A stretch of DNA of 63,795 nucleotides, filler included, from Folioceros fuciformis (lineage: Eukaryota), in NCBI GenBank assembly GCA_049999805.1. It is 7 parts of 7 records of this genome, joined end to end, with 100 filler letters (N's around TTAATTAATTAA, not from the genome) between each part and the next. Parts side by side here need not be neighbours in the genome. Positions count along the whole stretch, not along the records: positions 1 to 15,901 come from JBNGIO010004444.1; 6 more parts are not named here. One strand, 5' to 3'. The notes beneath the pieces are model-generated. The model had not been told where the DNA came from. It did not search any database and was given only the letters and a program-made list of their open reading frames with translations. Shown here piece after piece: positions 1 through 12,448 of this stretch (position 1 is its first letter; every line of letters starts with the position of its first letter). The position numbers and the translations under genes are program-made.

Positions 1-2071
1 GTAACTTGGTAACACAGTCTGACACCATGTTTGTGAACATGGAGCAGTAGTGGATAGGAGAGTGCTGGATTTTGGGGCTTTGGGTATGACAAGAATTGGA
101 ATTTGATAAGCCATGATGATTGAAGAGGGAGAGGTGGTAGGCCAGAGGCCTTAGGCCAAGTTTGAAGTACTCTCGGAAGACCATGTGGCGGATCATGGTA
201 GGAATCAAAACCCATATACATATGCATATTTGTATGAGTAGGCTCAACAAGTAGAGTTCCATGCAGAGGCTATGAAATTCCGCACCACATGAAATTCCTT
301 GGTGTCCCTGTTTATGAGGGCAAGACGACTAAAGACAAGCAGTAGGCGGCAAACGTGATGGATGGTGGGTAGGCAAGTCAAGTTCCGCTGCAGGCAGCGT
401 GGCGTACATACATGCGCATAGTGGGGAAGGGAAGCGTGTGACATGGGGCATTCATAATGGGTATGGAGAAGAAAAAAAAAGAGAAAAAAAATGGAGCATG
501 TGATTGAAGGGGCATTGAGTTGTGGAGGAGTGAGCGAGACAGGGTGGTGCAACATGCGATGGTGAGGTGGAGGAGGGCGATACGGGTTGAACGAGCACGC
601 TGGTGGTGGGGCATTGAAAACTGGTGGTCAATTCAATTCACGTCCAGCCTCTCCTCCCCCAAACAAAAGTTGGAATCCGATTATTCCTCCTTCACATGGG
701 ATGTATACGACCCGTAGAAAACGGAGCAGGCAGCAGGGGCAGAGCCAGGGGGGCTGTGGAGGTGAGGAGGCAGGCAGGCAAGTTCGGTATGAGGTACACT
801 CACCAAGAAGCATGGGCCCCTGAGATTGGGCCTGGGCCAAGCCGGGAAGAGAACCCCGCGTGACCAGCGCTTGGAGTTTCAATGCAAACAAGGCATGCCA
901 CGAAGAAAAGTAGGGGCAGGTACAAGCACAGCTCCTGACTATGTGTGTTTGGCCCCATCCATGCATTGGGTCACCGCTGACTGCCTGCCAAAAGTAGCTA
1001 CCCAACGTTATGTAGCGCCAGGTTGCTGTTTGAATGGGTACACACTATGTAATATACTAAAATTTTGGGCAACCCTGCCCGTACTCCCACAGTACGGGCT
1101 ATGGCAAGGGAGGGCAAGGCCAGAACAGGGCTGTATGACTCTCACATACCATATGCCGTATCCTATGCAGTCTGCATTGCAAATACATGTCTCGTAATTG
1201 GTGAAGTCGGCGTTGCTTGCGTGATGTGGGAAGGAATGTCCCCTGCCTGGTGTGGCCTTCGGCCAGAAGGATGGCGTGACCTCCACTTCCCCCACGCTGG
1301 CCCCCCGGGGACGCACCGGGCCCGTCTCGGGCCGCCTATTCTCAGCAAAGGCTGGCTTCACGTGGATTCATGGGGCATTGCGACGCTTGACTTAAGGAAC
1401 GCGGCCTTGATTTTGTTCTCGGGGCGGGATCTGGATATCGATGCTGATGCCCCCGCCCGCCCGCCCGCCCGCCCCCCAAAATCTGAGAGGCCTGCTGTCA
1501 CCACTGCCTCCTNNNNNNNNNNNNNNNNNNNNNNNNNNNNNNNNNNNNNNNNNNNNNNNNNNNNNNNNNNNNNNNNNNNNNNNNNNNNNNNNNNNNNNNN
1601 NNNNNNNNNNNNCCTTCCCTCATCCCTTGCTTGCAATTGTGTTGCCTTCAATCCAGCCGCCTGCTTCTCCATTCCGATTCCCAACGCCTACGAGATTTTG
1701 CTGCCAACCTCCGCCTTGTCTTGATCCTGTCGAAAGAAAGGCAGGCCTAAGGCTATGTCTCCTCCTCATAACATGCCATACCATACATGCCCTTCGCACA
1801 AGGAGCCTAAAAGTTTTTTAAAAAAATGTCCCTGCCACCTGGCGCTGGGGGTCCATGCACAATGTACATATGTATGACCACATGTAACATCCTGCGGACA
1901 GATGTACAGGAACATACAGTGTGCCGTGCATATAGCATGTGTGTAGTGTGTACCGGCGCGGCACGTAGGGGGGCCCAGCTGCATCAGGCCAGCTTGCACC
2001 AAATGATTATCTTGTCTGCTCGCTTCTCCTCATCGCCTCGCGGGCGGCCTCGTCAGGCCTGTGCACTGCAG

Positions 2072-2147
2072 CTGGCCTGGCCTGGCCTGGCCTGGCCTGG
2101 CCTGGCCTGGCCTGGCCTGGCTGCCTGGCTGCCTGGTTGCCTGGCTG
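2072..2147. repeat. (CCTGG)n pentanucleotide microsatellite, degenerate at 3' end
   Basis: Direct reading; it produces the spurious WPGLA/QARPG repeats in the ORF track. Confidence 0.95.
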
Positions 2148-5100
2148 CAACACCCCTCTCACATAACACTGCATGGCGCGGGTATCATGCTTCCTGATGA
2201 ATCTCACCTGAACATGAGCACCCGGAACACCACAACCCCACCCTTCTTCATGCGGGCCCTTGGGCCCAAACCTGGCCAGACACAGGGAAATTTTCTCATC
2301 GCACAGCACACCCCCACAGCGCCTGACGCCCCCCCCACCCCAAGCGCCCGCGCCCTAAGCATGGTCCATGGCACAGCAAGTAACGGCGCCTTTGGATATC
2401 GCCTTTGGCTGGGCGGGTATCCGGACACCGTTACATTGGTGGGTCACCACGGTCGCGGCTAAAGGCTAGAGGCTAGAGGCTCGGGCTCGGACCCGGGCCC
2501 GGGCCCGGGCCCAGCCCCGCACCCACACCAGCAGCACTAGCACCCGCACATACTGTTGTGTCCGGACCATAATATTCCTGATGGAACGGGAACGGGTGGA
2601 GCGGGACGGTCCCCGGGCCCCGGTTCCGCCCCGGCCCTGGCCCATCGCCCATCATTTCTGCCCTGCAACCTGCCTCTTGTGTCATATACACCAAGCCGGC
2701 TGCCCAGGCCCAAGGCCCGGCGATGGCCATGCTTCTTTTGCCAGCTGATCGTGGGTCGGCGCTGAGCCCATTTCCCTCCAGCTGGCGCTTGGGACTTCGC
2801 GCCTTGTCAGCCGAGACATGTCATGTTTCACTTCCGGGGAACCGGGTCGGGCTGGGTCGGCTCGCCTCTCCTCGCCCAAGGCCCGACTCTCGAGTGAAAC
2901 AAAACCACGGGACGGTCCCAGACTTCGGCGTCGAGGCCTAAGCCACCAAGGAAGCCCACCCTGCACCCCCGCACATGCGCGCTCAGGTGCACTTATAGTA
3001 CAATACCCTCAATTCCCTCTCCCCTCACAGGCTCGGCATCACCTCCATTTTCTTTCATCTCAGCACACTCCGCTGCTGCCTTTTTCCACACCCTCTGTCC
3101 CAGGCCCAGGCCCCGACCCCGGCCCCGGGCCGGCGAGACTCTAACCCTACTTCACTGTGTCACAGACCCAGCTTCTCTTCTCTCCCCCATCGACCCGTGT
3201 GAAAGGGGTCCATGCGGATTTCCAGCAGGGACTCTCCACTCTGAGCATCTCCTCCCCTGACAAGCCACCGACGCCGTGTTTTCACCACTGAAGGCAGCCG
3301 CACACAGCCCGAGCCCGAGCTGGAGTCCGACTGCTGGAGTGCTGCTACGGTGGCCAGGGTGCCAGCACCGAGGAGGATCGTTTCGCCGCTCATCACACAT
3401 GACATGACATGACATGAGACGAGTCACCACACACACTGCCACTACCACTGCCACTGCCTCTCTGCTCTCATCACTGCCACCACCTCGCTTTTTGCTCTCC
3501 AGACAGGGGCCCAGCCCACCTGCCACTGCCGCACCCGCGGCTGCTGCTCCATGATATGTATGGAGCCAAAGCCAAGCTACCCAGTAGCCTGATTCATCAG
3601 CCTCCGCCTCGGAGAACGCAATGCCCTTGTCCTCCACCAAGGGCGACCGCCACCCATAAGATTCCCCCCCCCTCCTGCTTACTCTAATGTCAAACCACAC
3701 ATGTGAACCAAGTGGAACAGGAACCGGACCCGCACCCGGAACTGGCTGGTGGTTTCTAGAAACCATATACATACATACATAGTGTACATACATACATAGT
3801 GTACATCCATAACTACGTCGGTTCCTATACACCGAACATCCCGCCACCGGAACTCTTCCTTGCTAACTTTTACTGTACACTGTACACATTGCTTAATAGC
3901 CTGTGAGCGCCTCTGACCTGCGTGTTATGACTGAGAGATTCACAAAGATTGACTGTCACCTCCAGCCTGCAAAAGATGCAGATAGGTAACCATAACTGAT
4001 CGGTGACAGTCGATTCGATCCCCCTTGGGTACATACACAGGCTTTGACTATGCCTAGCCTGTCCAGTCTCCTCCTCTTCACACATCACACCTTAGTCTAC
4101 AACATATGAAATTTGCACTCAGAGTGTGCGCAGGAACAGCTCACAGCACAGGAGTAGCCTGCTCAATCATTTGGGATCATAGCAAGTACTTCCATTTATG
4201 CCTGCTTCCCGCGACTGTAGCGCAAACAACAGAATTTTCGGCGCCATATGAAGTAGCCCTTTCACACTCCAGCCCATCACCCTCCTGCTTCCACACTGCA
4301 TTCAACTGCCCACCTACCTTACCTCTGTCACGATATTTTTTTCTACGGCCAAATCTTGCCCTCTGATGGCGGGCTGGTCTCAAACTCCCTGGGAGTTATT
4401 GTCACACCGCAACCACCATTCATTGTATATGTATTCGTATTTAAGTCGTCGTCAACCCTGCTGTACAACTCGGACACCGGGCCACACTGCAGTCCGTGTA
4501 CTGACGCCACCACCGTCACTTCTTATTCTATCTTGTAACTTCATGTTAGCTATTCCTCACACAACCAAAGAACCGCAGCTGGCTGCCATTTTCATTTCTC
4601 CCTCGTGCTCTCTCTTCCATTCACCCTGACGTGTGCCCCAAGCATCCAGTCCAGTAAAAACCGTCAGCTGGGCCACTGCAGCTACTTACTTCCACACCGA
4701 CGCCACACACCTATCAGCCGCAACAGGGGTAACTTCAACCACCTCGCCTTGCCTGCACAAGCAAGGCACCTAAAGTGCCCATCTCGAGGTTGCTGCTCAC
4801 AAAGGTGGTGGCACCCCGAGGCACCACTGGCGGCCCACCCCCCTCTGTGCTGCCACTGCCTCTGCCACTACTGTTCGCACACAAAATACACAACACATTC
4901 ATGCAAGGTCCGAAACAGACGCGGCATAATCCGCCCGTCATGCAAAAGAGTCGTCTGCGGACAGTGGCCGTGGCAGTGGTAATGGACAGCAGCAAAGCAG
5001 CCGCAGCTTCACATCCAGCTGACGGACACGCATAATCCGAGGCAGTGCCTGCTTCCGGAGGAACCAGCTTTTGGGATCATGTGACCTCTTCATTGCCCTG

Positions 5101-5189
5101 ACACTATTGCCTCGTCAATCTCTCCCCTCTTGTCAGTTCGTCACTTCTCTGCAAGCTTCTCGGTGAGGCCTGCTGCTCGCCATGGCCCG

Positions 5190-7877
5190 CCTAGCTCGTG
5201 TCCATCATATCTCCGCTTTTACACTCAGCCTCGGCTAGGGTGTCCAAGTTACCCCAGACCATGTGCAACTGGAAGGAGCAGCCCAGATATGAACCACGCA
5301 TGCCGTATGGGTATGTTTGCTTCAATCTGCGACAGAAGGACGCGACTGCAATCCCTGAACGCGCATGAGGCATCGGCGCATGCACTGTTCGCCCTGCACA
5401 ATTTGCATTCCTGTGGATAGAGGCTTCTTGCCACTTGCCGCTACAGAGCTTCCTAGACGCCACAGCATGTCGTGGTTAGACAAAAAATCTCTACGGAAGT
5501 GCCCTTGTATCCACAATTTCTTAAGTCCATTACTATAGATTATCCAACTTTTTGCGGAAGTGCGGACGCACATTCTGGAGGATGGAGCACATGCCCCATA
5601 AATGTGGCAGCCACGCCTTCAAAGCATGCTCCTCAAGCTTAAAAGCGCTCGGCCTGAGATCCTACTTTGGCCTCACCGCAACTTGAGCGGGAGCGGAATG
5701 CTCGCCGAAATGAATGCCCCTGCCTTACTTTCCAGGTACTTTTCCCCCCTCTACCCGGAGCAACAGCTGGCGATGCCTCCGCTCTCGGCGTCTTCTACCA
5801 AACCCAGGGTTAGGTCGAAACCTTGCCGGGCTACCACGCCAATACGCCCATTGGAGATTGTTGACGAATCTTGTTCACCGCTGCGTCACCAACATAGCGT
5901 ACCTTTCAGCCTTCGAATAAAGCTGGGCACAAGCATATTGGGATAATTCCAGATTTAGACAGCTTACATGCCTGTCAAGGTACCAACACAAGTCAGCCAC
6001 CTTGCCAACCACATGGATCCATGTCCCACCTAAGACTGGTAGAAGATATCCTCCACGGATGGAAACAGCACTATCACATACACGCCTCACATACCTGAGA
6101 GGTTTCGTGGCGAGTCATTTGAGAAAGGTAATAGAAGGCGCTGTAGCCTGTTCTCCATATCGGGAAGGCGTCTTTGATGATGAAAAGACTTTGATCGGAC
6201 AAGGTCACTCATCAGTCGCCAATGATACTGCTGACCACCTCCACATATCTGCTATAAACAGCACGCAACTCCGACAGAAAACTCTAAAACAGCTCGTTGC
6301 TTGCAGATAAAAGCCCCCCTGCCTACTGTTTCCACTTGTTCCTCTGCGCCCGACATGCACACTGTTCAGTACAAAGCAGAAGTGCATTGAAGGCCGTTTG
6401 TGGAACAGTGAATGCAAAGCAGAAGCCAGATCCTTGACACGCCACAACCCAGGAGTCCAGAGTCCCCAGACTAATGATGAGTAACCTGCCCCCAAAATCT
6501 GCAAGATCAGCACAGTAACAACCGAAAGAGCAGGCAATAATCGAAGTGGACGTGAGAAAAACTTAACCGCACAGAGAGGTGGAAAAGGCGCACTGCCTGA
6601 ATATGCAGCCACATACTATATGCTTTCCATCTGACGACTGACTGCAGCACTAACGCTCGAAACCTATCGCTTGTATGAAGATGGTGGAAACAAACAATTC
6701 CTTTCCACTGGAGGGACCCCAGCGGTGAGCGGCGTCATGTGAGGTTGAAGCTCGAGCCTAGAGCCGCTTCTCCGCCGTACTGTGTACTGCAGCAGGGCCG
6801 CAGTGGCACTGGCAGAAGAGAGAGAGAGCACGCTCCTCCTTCTCCAGGGCCGCCATGACGTCAAGGTTCGAGTCCATCTCGAGCTGGCCCCATGACATCA
6901 GTACCCGCCTCCCCTGCTCTCATACCCTGCCGGACACTGGGCCCGGGCTAACCGTGCCGACATAGAATACTCCTTTCAAGGTGACAACATGAGCCACGTC
7001 TCAGTCTCCGGACTCGCTTCTGGAGACTGGCCCTTGTTAGCACATTCCTGCTGCCTCCCTCACCACTTGCAGCGGTCAGAAACTGGAGAGCACACAAAAG
7101 AACTGCAGCACGGATGAAAGAAAGCTGCAAAGGGCATCGTTTTGCAGTTTGCATGTGCCGCTATGTGCCTCGCCGAGCCCAAGCCGCGGCTTCCAATAAC
7201 GCTAAGCTGTGCAGCACAGCCAAAGTATTGGATATTTTTGCGAGCAACCCCTCCCAAGTCGTTCGAAGTTCCTCCAGCCCGCCAACAATTCACGCGGTGT
7301 GGTGCCGGAAGCGGTTCTGCCACTCCCATCCATGTTCAACTGCAGGCAGACAGCATTTCGCGGCCAAACAATTCGACTGACTCTTTAGACTGTCAGAGAA
7401 CTCAGTCAAAGCCCTAACCAAGCCTGCATCTTTGAACAACCGACAACAGGCCCCATATTCTGTATAGCGTAATGAGGACTCTGCTGCGACCATGCATCTT
7501 ACACACGATCCCCTGCGAAACCGCCTGTGTGACGAGAGACCTCGTAAACTGCTCCTCGCTGGAGGCATCCAGCTGACAAGCAAATTGGAGTGAGATTCCA
7601 AGGGAAAAGGGAAATCGCAACTTGCAGAGAGCGCGGCAAAGACAGACGCAATGTCAATGAAAGGAGGAAACCGAGACACGCACGAACCTCAGAGATGACC
7701 TCGTCTCTGCGCCTGATTGTTCCTCTGCGGCCATACTCGCCGCAAAAGAGTTGAACGCAGTAGTACCACCAGCGGCCAGCAATTTCAGACAGCTTTGCTA
7801 AACCGAATGCGTTCGATGGTCAGTCCCATCGGAAGAAGGTCAGTACTTTCCTTCCGGAGTCCTCCGTCCCTTGCAAC
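5190..7877 (-). pseudogene. Decayed multi-exon gene of unknown function
   Basis: Exons 7877-7688, 7572-7419 and 7339-~6950 join in frame through GT-AG introns (..RRRDEVISE|LDASSEEQFTRSLV..RCRL|VEHGWEWQNRF..). Further exon-like blocks lie at ~6926-6664, ~6318-6095 and ~5574-5190. The frames are interrupted by scattered stops. Outer limits uncertain. Confidence 0.5.
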
Positions 7878-8170
7878 CTGCAAACATTTTTTGCAGAGCG
7901 TCATCATCCCAACGCTGCATTAGGTTGAGTGTCGTGACATGCCTCGTTACAGCAGCAGCATGTTTCTACTGTGGTTCAATAAGTGAGATACGGCGACTTT
8001 ATTGGAAAAATTAGGAGGAAACCCTAGAAGGCAGGGGACAACACAGCGTGAACGACAATTAACTTAGGGGATTGGTCCATGCAAACATGCCTTTCAAAAT
8101 TATGAATGGTGCTATTACTCCGGGATGTGAAAGAATCTATTCATTAATGAGGAGGATTTAGTAGTCAAGA

Positions 8171-10040
8171 TATTTATTTATTTATTTATCATTAGGCGTA
8201 TGCAGGCATGAGACTATGACGTCGGAACGTGAATCAAAAACATATTGAATGGACACTTTGGGAAAGCGCAAAACAAAGAAGATTAGAGCAAACAAAATAG
8301 CAAATTTAGATAGCTATGTCAATAAGCTTAAGTTAAGTAATCGCAAATCGCCTTGAAGTAAGAGAGAAGTTTTTCCCTGAGTTTGGGAACACTAAGAAGT
8401 TGGCGGATATCGTAGTAAGAGCCTTGAAACATTCGGATCCAAGTGTTGCGAGTGGCCATACACTGGCCAAGGATGTGGTGACGAGTTTCTTCTGAAGACC
8501 TGCATTTCCGACAAAATGGATCCTCTTCAATGTTGAATCTCCTAAAGTAAGCCCCAATAGCCATGTGCCCAGTCCGAAGCTGGGTGATAAATGATGAGAG
8601 CTTACGGTCATGGAGACCAAGGCGTTGTAGCACCGAGGCCGAAGGGCCACCAAGCACCACCCTCTTAAGCGCAGAAGCCTTAGTTGAGGAAACCCACCGT
8701 AAACGCCACTCCTGTAGACTTGCAGCATGAATTTGCTGGCGAGCTCTGGACACTGATAGGATCCGGTCTTTGCGGGAAATGGGAAGAAGAGTGGCAGCCT
8801 TGGCGGTTACATCTACATGCTCATTACCAACAATATTATGATGGCCCGAAATCTAGTGGAGATTAAGGGAAACCTCTAGATGAGCTACCGAGAAGGCATG
8901 GAGAGATGTTCTAGCCTGGAGAGATATGGCTTGGGCTGGGCGAGCCGAAGTGTTCGTTAAAGACATGATAGCTGCTTGATTATCAAGGAAAATTGTAACC
9001 GACGAAATCCTGGGATGGAAGCAAAGAGGGTGGGCAGGCATGAAATTACTTTGACCACAGAGAGGAGTTCTGCCTCATAAACCCCATGGTATGTTTCTAA
9101 ACCAAAAGATAATTGATGGACAATATCCCCTTTGAAGTAGAAAACAGCCGCACCCCCGGCATGACCATTCAGAAGAGAACCATCAGTGTAAATGGCAAGG
9201 GTATCAGGAGTCAAAAGATGTAGGGAATGTGAGGCAACAGCAGAAGTAGGAGATTGTAAAATTACGATGGTTGTGGGTAAAGAAAGATGAGAGGCCCAGG
9301 GAGGCACGAGTCGAGGAATTTAGCCTCCATCAAAAATTTCTTCCAATGGTCCTTCTTGGCAACTTTCACACTCCGAAAGTACTCATTTCTAACAGACCGA
9401 AAAGCTGCAATATCCCTTGGAGTCTTAGTAATGCGCATGACCCGACGTGCAAGAGCAAGCCCCTTGCGAAGAGAGGAGAGGGTAGGAGACCACCAAGGTT
9501 TAGCACGGAGGTGAGGGCATACTACGGGGGTAGATGCGGAGATAGCCTTCTATAGAGATATTGTGACTTGAGCCACAAGATGATNNNNNNNNNNNNNNNN
9601 NNNNNNNNNNNNNNNNNNNNNNNNNNNNNNNNNNNNNNNNNNNNNNNNNNNNNNNNNNNNNNNNNNNNNNNNNNNNNNNNNNNNAGGAAGGAATAGTAAG
9701 GAACAAACCAATAGCTTGGTGGTCAGACCCCGCATCTAGATCGGGGAGAATATCACAGAAATCAACCAAGTTGCGAACATCTGCAGAAGAAAGCGTGAGA
9801 TCCAAAGTGAAAGTGTTATTTGTAGAAGACACGAAGGTGGGGAAATCCGAGGGGGTGAGAAAAAAGAGGGGAGTAGTGTTAATGAAGAGGGCAAACTCAT
9901 CAACCACCGAGGAAATCACTTCATTAGATGCAGTAGATTCCCACAAGGGGTAATGAAGATTGAGATCTTCGAGAGTAAAATAGTGTTGAGAGAGGAAGTG
10001 GGCATGTGGAGTGAGAATGAAGGTATAAAAGATATAAAAG
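8171..10040 (-). mobile_element. Non-LTR retrotransposon (LINE) with APE endonuclease and RNase H, Tad/I-group-like; 5'-truncated, RT deleted
   Basis: APE C-terminus (DLNLHYPLW..PTF..TLDLTL..SDHQAI, ~9970-9710); linker KPWWSP..RNEYF..AKKDHWKKFL; RNase H (IYTDGS..VYEAEL..IFLDNQAAI, ~9200-8800); QLRTGH..CRKC..EETRHHILGQC C-terminus ending 8328; (TAAA)n tail at 8171-8189. Confidence 0.85.
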
Positions 10041-10079
10041 AACATACTCACCATACAATCCTAAAAAAGCTGCTTGGTT

Positions 10080-11117
10080 AACGAATGTCCCATCCACCAC
10101 ATTGGCAACACCCTAGCTCTATGTAGAGCAAGGGATATCTTTGCCAATAAAAAGCAACTAAACAAGAAAGGGGAAGACTAACCTCAATCTTGTGGCTATG
10201 ATAGGCCTTGATCCATTCCTCAATAACCTTAGTGAAACCCTTGTCCATGGCCTCACGAGTCTCTATACCTAAGGGGATGAATGTGTGGCCATCCTACATA
10301 AAGAAGTATTTGTGGACCTTGGCCACTACACAACCCTTTGTTATCCATCTTAAAGGGTTTACAATAATTTGTCCACAACTAGTGTCTCAAATTAAATCAA
10401 TAACTACCACATGTGCAACAAAACCTAATCCCCCATATTAGAAATAAGTTAGCCTAAAGAGAAATGTCATTAAGCAAGGTGTAGGGATGCTCCCTTTAAA
10501 GAAAAAACCCACTTTCCTTAGCAGTGTAGAACATGATGTCCTAGACCATTTTTTGCCCACAAGACATCAAGCCAAGTATGTCATAGAGTCATTAAGAGGG
10601 CCTTCGTAGCTACGAGTTGAAAGAGAGAAGGCTAAAGGATGGACCAAGCCCAAGCAAAAATGCACTGTGGTAGATAATGTTGATGGTGCAATGCTAAATG
10701 CCTAAATGCTAGGTCAAGCCAAACATTGAATTGCAACTCCCTCCCTTGAGTAAGAGAGAAGTCGAGCCTGAGTGGGCTTAGAAATTCATGAGTCTTGACA
10801 GAGAGCCCAACTACACCTACCAAAATGTTTCTTTAGTAGGGGAGCTTGCAGCCCTAGTAGCCTAGCCTTAGTAAGCAAGGAGAAGAGTAGTAGGGTAGCC
10901 CTAACCTTGGAAGATAAAGAGACTCTAGCAAGTGTTAAGGATGGATGTAGGGGAAAACCTCAACGAAAGCCTCCAAGATAAACCAGTCTTGAATTTGTAA
11001 ACTTAAGGAGAAGATAGGGATAGAGAGGGCCCAACTTTCTAGGAAAGCCAATAGCGTAGAAGTCTCTAAAGCCAATAAAACAACCTTCCCCCAAAAGCAG
11101 TGGGAAGGAATGCTTAT
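10080..11117 (-). mobile_element. Highly decayed CRE-type (restriction-like endonuclease) non-LTR retrotransposon remnant
   Basis: Minus-strand peptide DGHTFIPLGIETREAMDKGF (~10295-10235) fits the F-x-P-x-x-x-E-T-x-G RLE motif and resembles the peptide at 38185-38300. Many stops and frameshifts. Confidence 0.5.
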
Positions 11118-11145
11118 CACGTGGCCAAATTATCGGTCACAATGG

Positions 11146-12448
11146 TGTAGGGTTATTAAAGCCCAATGTGCTTAGACTAATGTGTTTAGTCTAAGATTAG
11201 TGTCTAGTTAAGTATCATTTGTTTAGATTAGCTTAAGCTAATCTGGAGGAAGCTTCTTCCGCAGCTTCTTGTGCGCTTCTTGTGAAGCTTCTTAGGGAGC
11301 TCTTCTAGAGGGTATAAATACCCCCTTGAGCTCCCTTGCTATTGAGACTCTATGTGTGAGAGTGTGACCTCTCTTTCTCCTCTCCTCCTTGCCTCCTCCT
11401 CTCATCCCTCCATATGTGAAACTGTCGAGCAAGGATTGCCCAAGCTCTACGGAGGATAAAGCTGAAATGGAGAAGGCTCCATACTCATCAACTGTAGGGA
11501 GTTTGATGTATGCAATGATTGCTACACGTCCTGACATTGCCTTTGCAGTGGGAGTGGTTAGCAGGTTTATGTCAAACCCTGGCAAGAACCATTGGGAGGC
11601 AGTGAAAGGAGTTATGAGGTACTTAAATGGTACGAAAGCTTTGTGCTTATGTTTTGGTAGTGAAGATGCATTTGTTGTGGCATATACGGATACTGATTAT
11701 GCACGAGATATGGACAAAAGGAGGTCCACATCAGGTTATGTCCTCATGTGCACTGGAGGGGCAGTCTCATGGCGATCTCGTTTGCAATCGTGCATAATGC
11801 TATCTACCACAGAGGCCGAGTATGTTGTAGCGACCGATGTGTGCAAGGAAGTCATGTGGCTTGCTCGTTTAGTAAGAGATTTAGGGATCAAGGTTGAGCT
11901 GCTAGTGTTGCATTGTGATAGCCAGAGTGCTATCCAATTGGTGAAGAATCAAGTGTTTCATGCACAGACCAAACATGTGGAAGTGAAGTATCACTTCATT
12001 CGAGAGGTATTGGAAGACAAGAGGGTACAGCTCGTCAAAGTTCACACCAGTCAAAACCCTGCAGATGTTCTTACCAAGGGGCTCTCTACGGAGCAATTCG
12101 CACAAGCTCGGACACTCATGGGCATGAGGTAGACCACTCTTCTATGAAGGTAAATTGGCCTTTAAGTGAGAGATTGTAGGGTTATTAAAGCCCAATGTGC
12201 TTAGACTAATGTGTTTAGTCTAAGATTAGTGTTTAGTTCAGTATCATTTGTTTAGATTAGTTTAAGCTAATCTGTAGGAAGCTTCTTATGCAACTTCCTG
12301 TACGCTTCTTGTGAAGCTTCCTAGGGAGCTCTTTTAGAGGGTATAAATACCCCCTTGAGCTCCCTTGCTATTGAGACTCTGTGTGTGAGAGTGTGACCTC
12401 GCTTTCTCCTCTCCTCTTTCACCAAGCAGCTCCTCTAGCGATCCTTCA
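11146..12448 (+). mobile_element. Internally deleted Ty1/Copia LTR retrotransposon (1.3 kb) with 5-bp TSD
   Basis: TG..CA termini; TSD AATGG at 11141-11145 and 12449-12453; LTR copies 11146-~11388 (truncated) and 12175-12448; PPT AAGTGAGAGAT before 12175; ORF 11389-12132 is the RT C-terminus plus RNase H (RPDIAFAVG, YTDTDYA, STTEAEY, HCDSQSAI, ADVLTK). Confidence 0.95.

Noticed and set aside
800-3850. Many overlapping ORFs in a GC-rich low-complexity region
   Set aside because: Explained by high GC and microsatellites (CCTGG, GGGCCC, TACA); no family, splice model or TIR/TSD pair could be established.
5190-7877. In-frame TGA/TAG as U-to-C editing, selenocysteine or an alternative code
   Set aside because: Neighbouring intact genes use TGA/TAG as normal stops and the TEs show the same decay; methylation-driven mutation is simpler.
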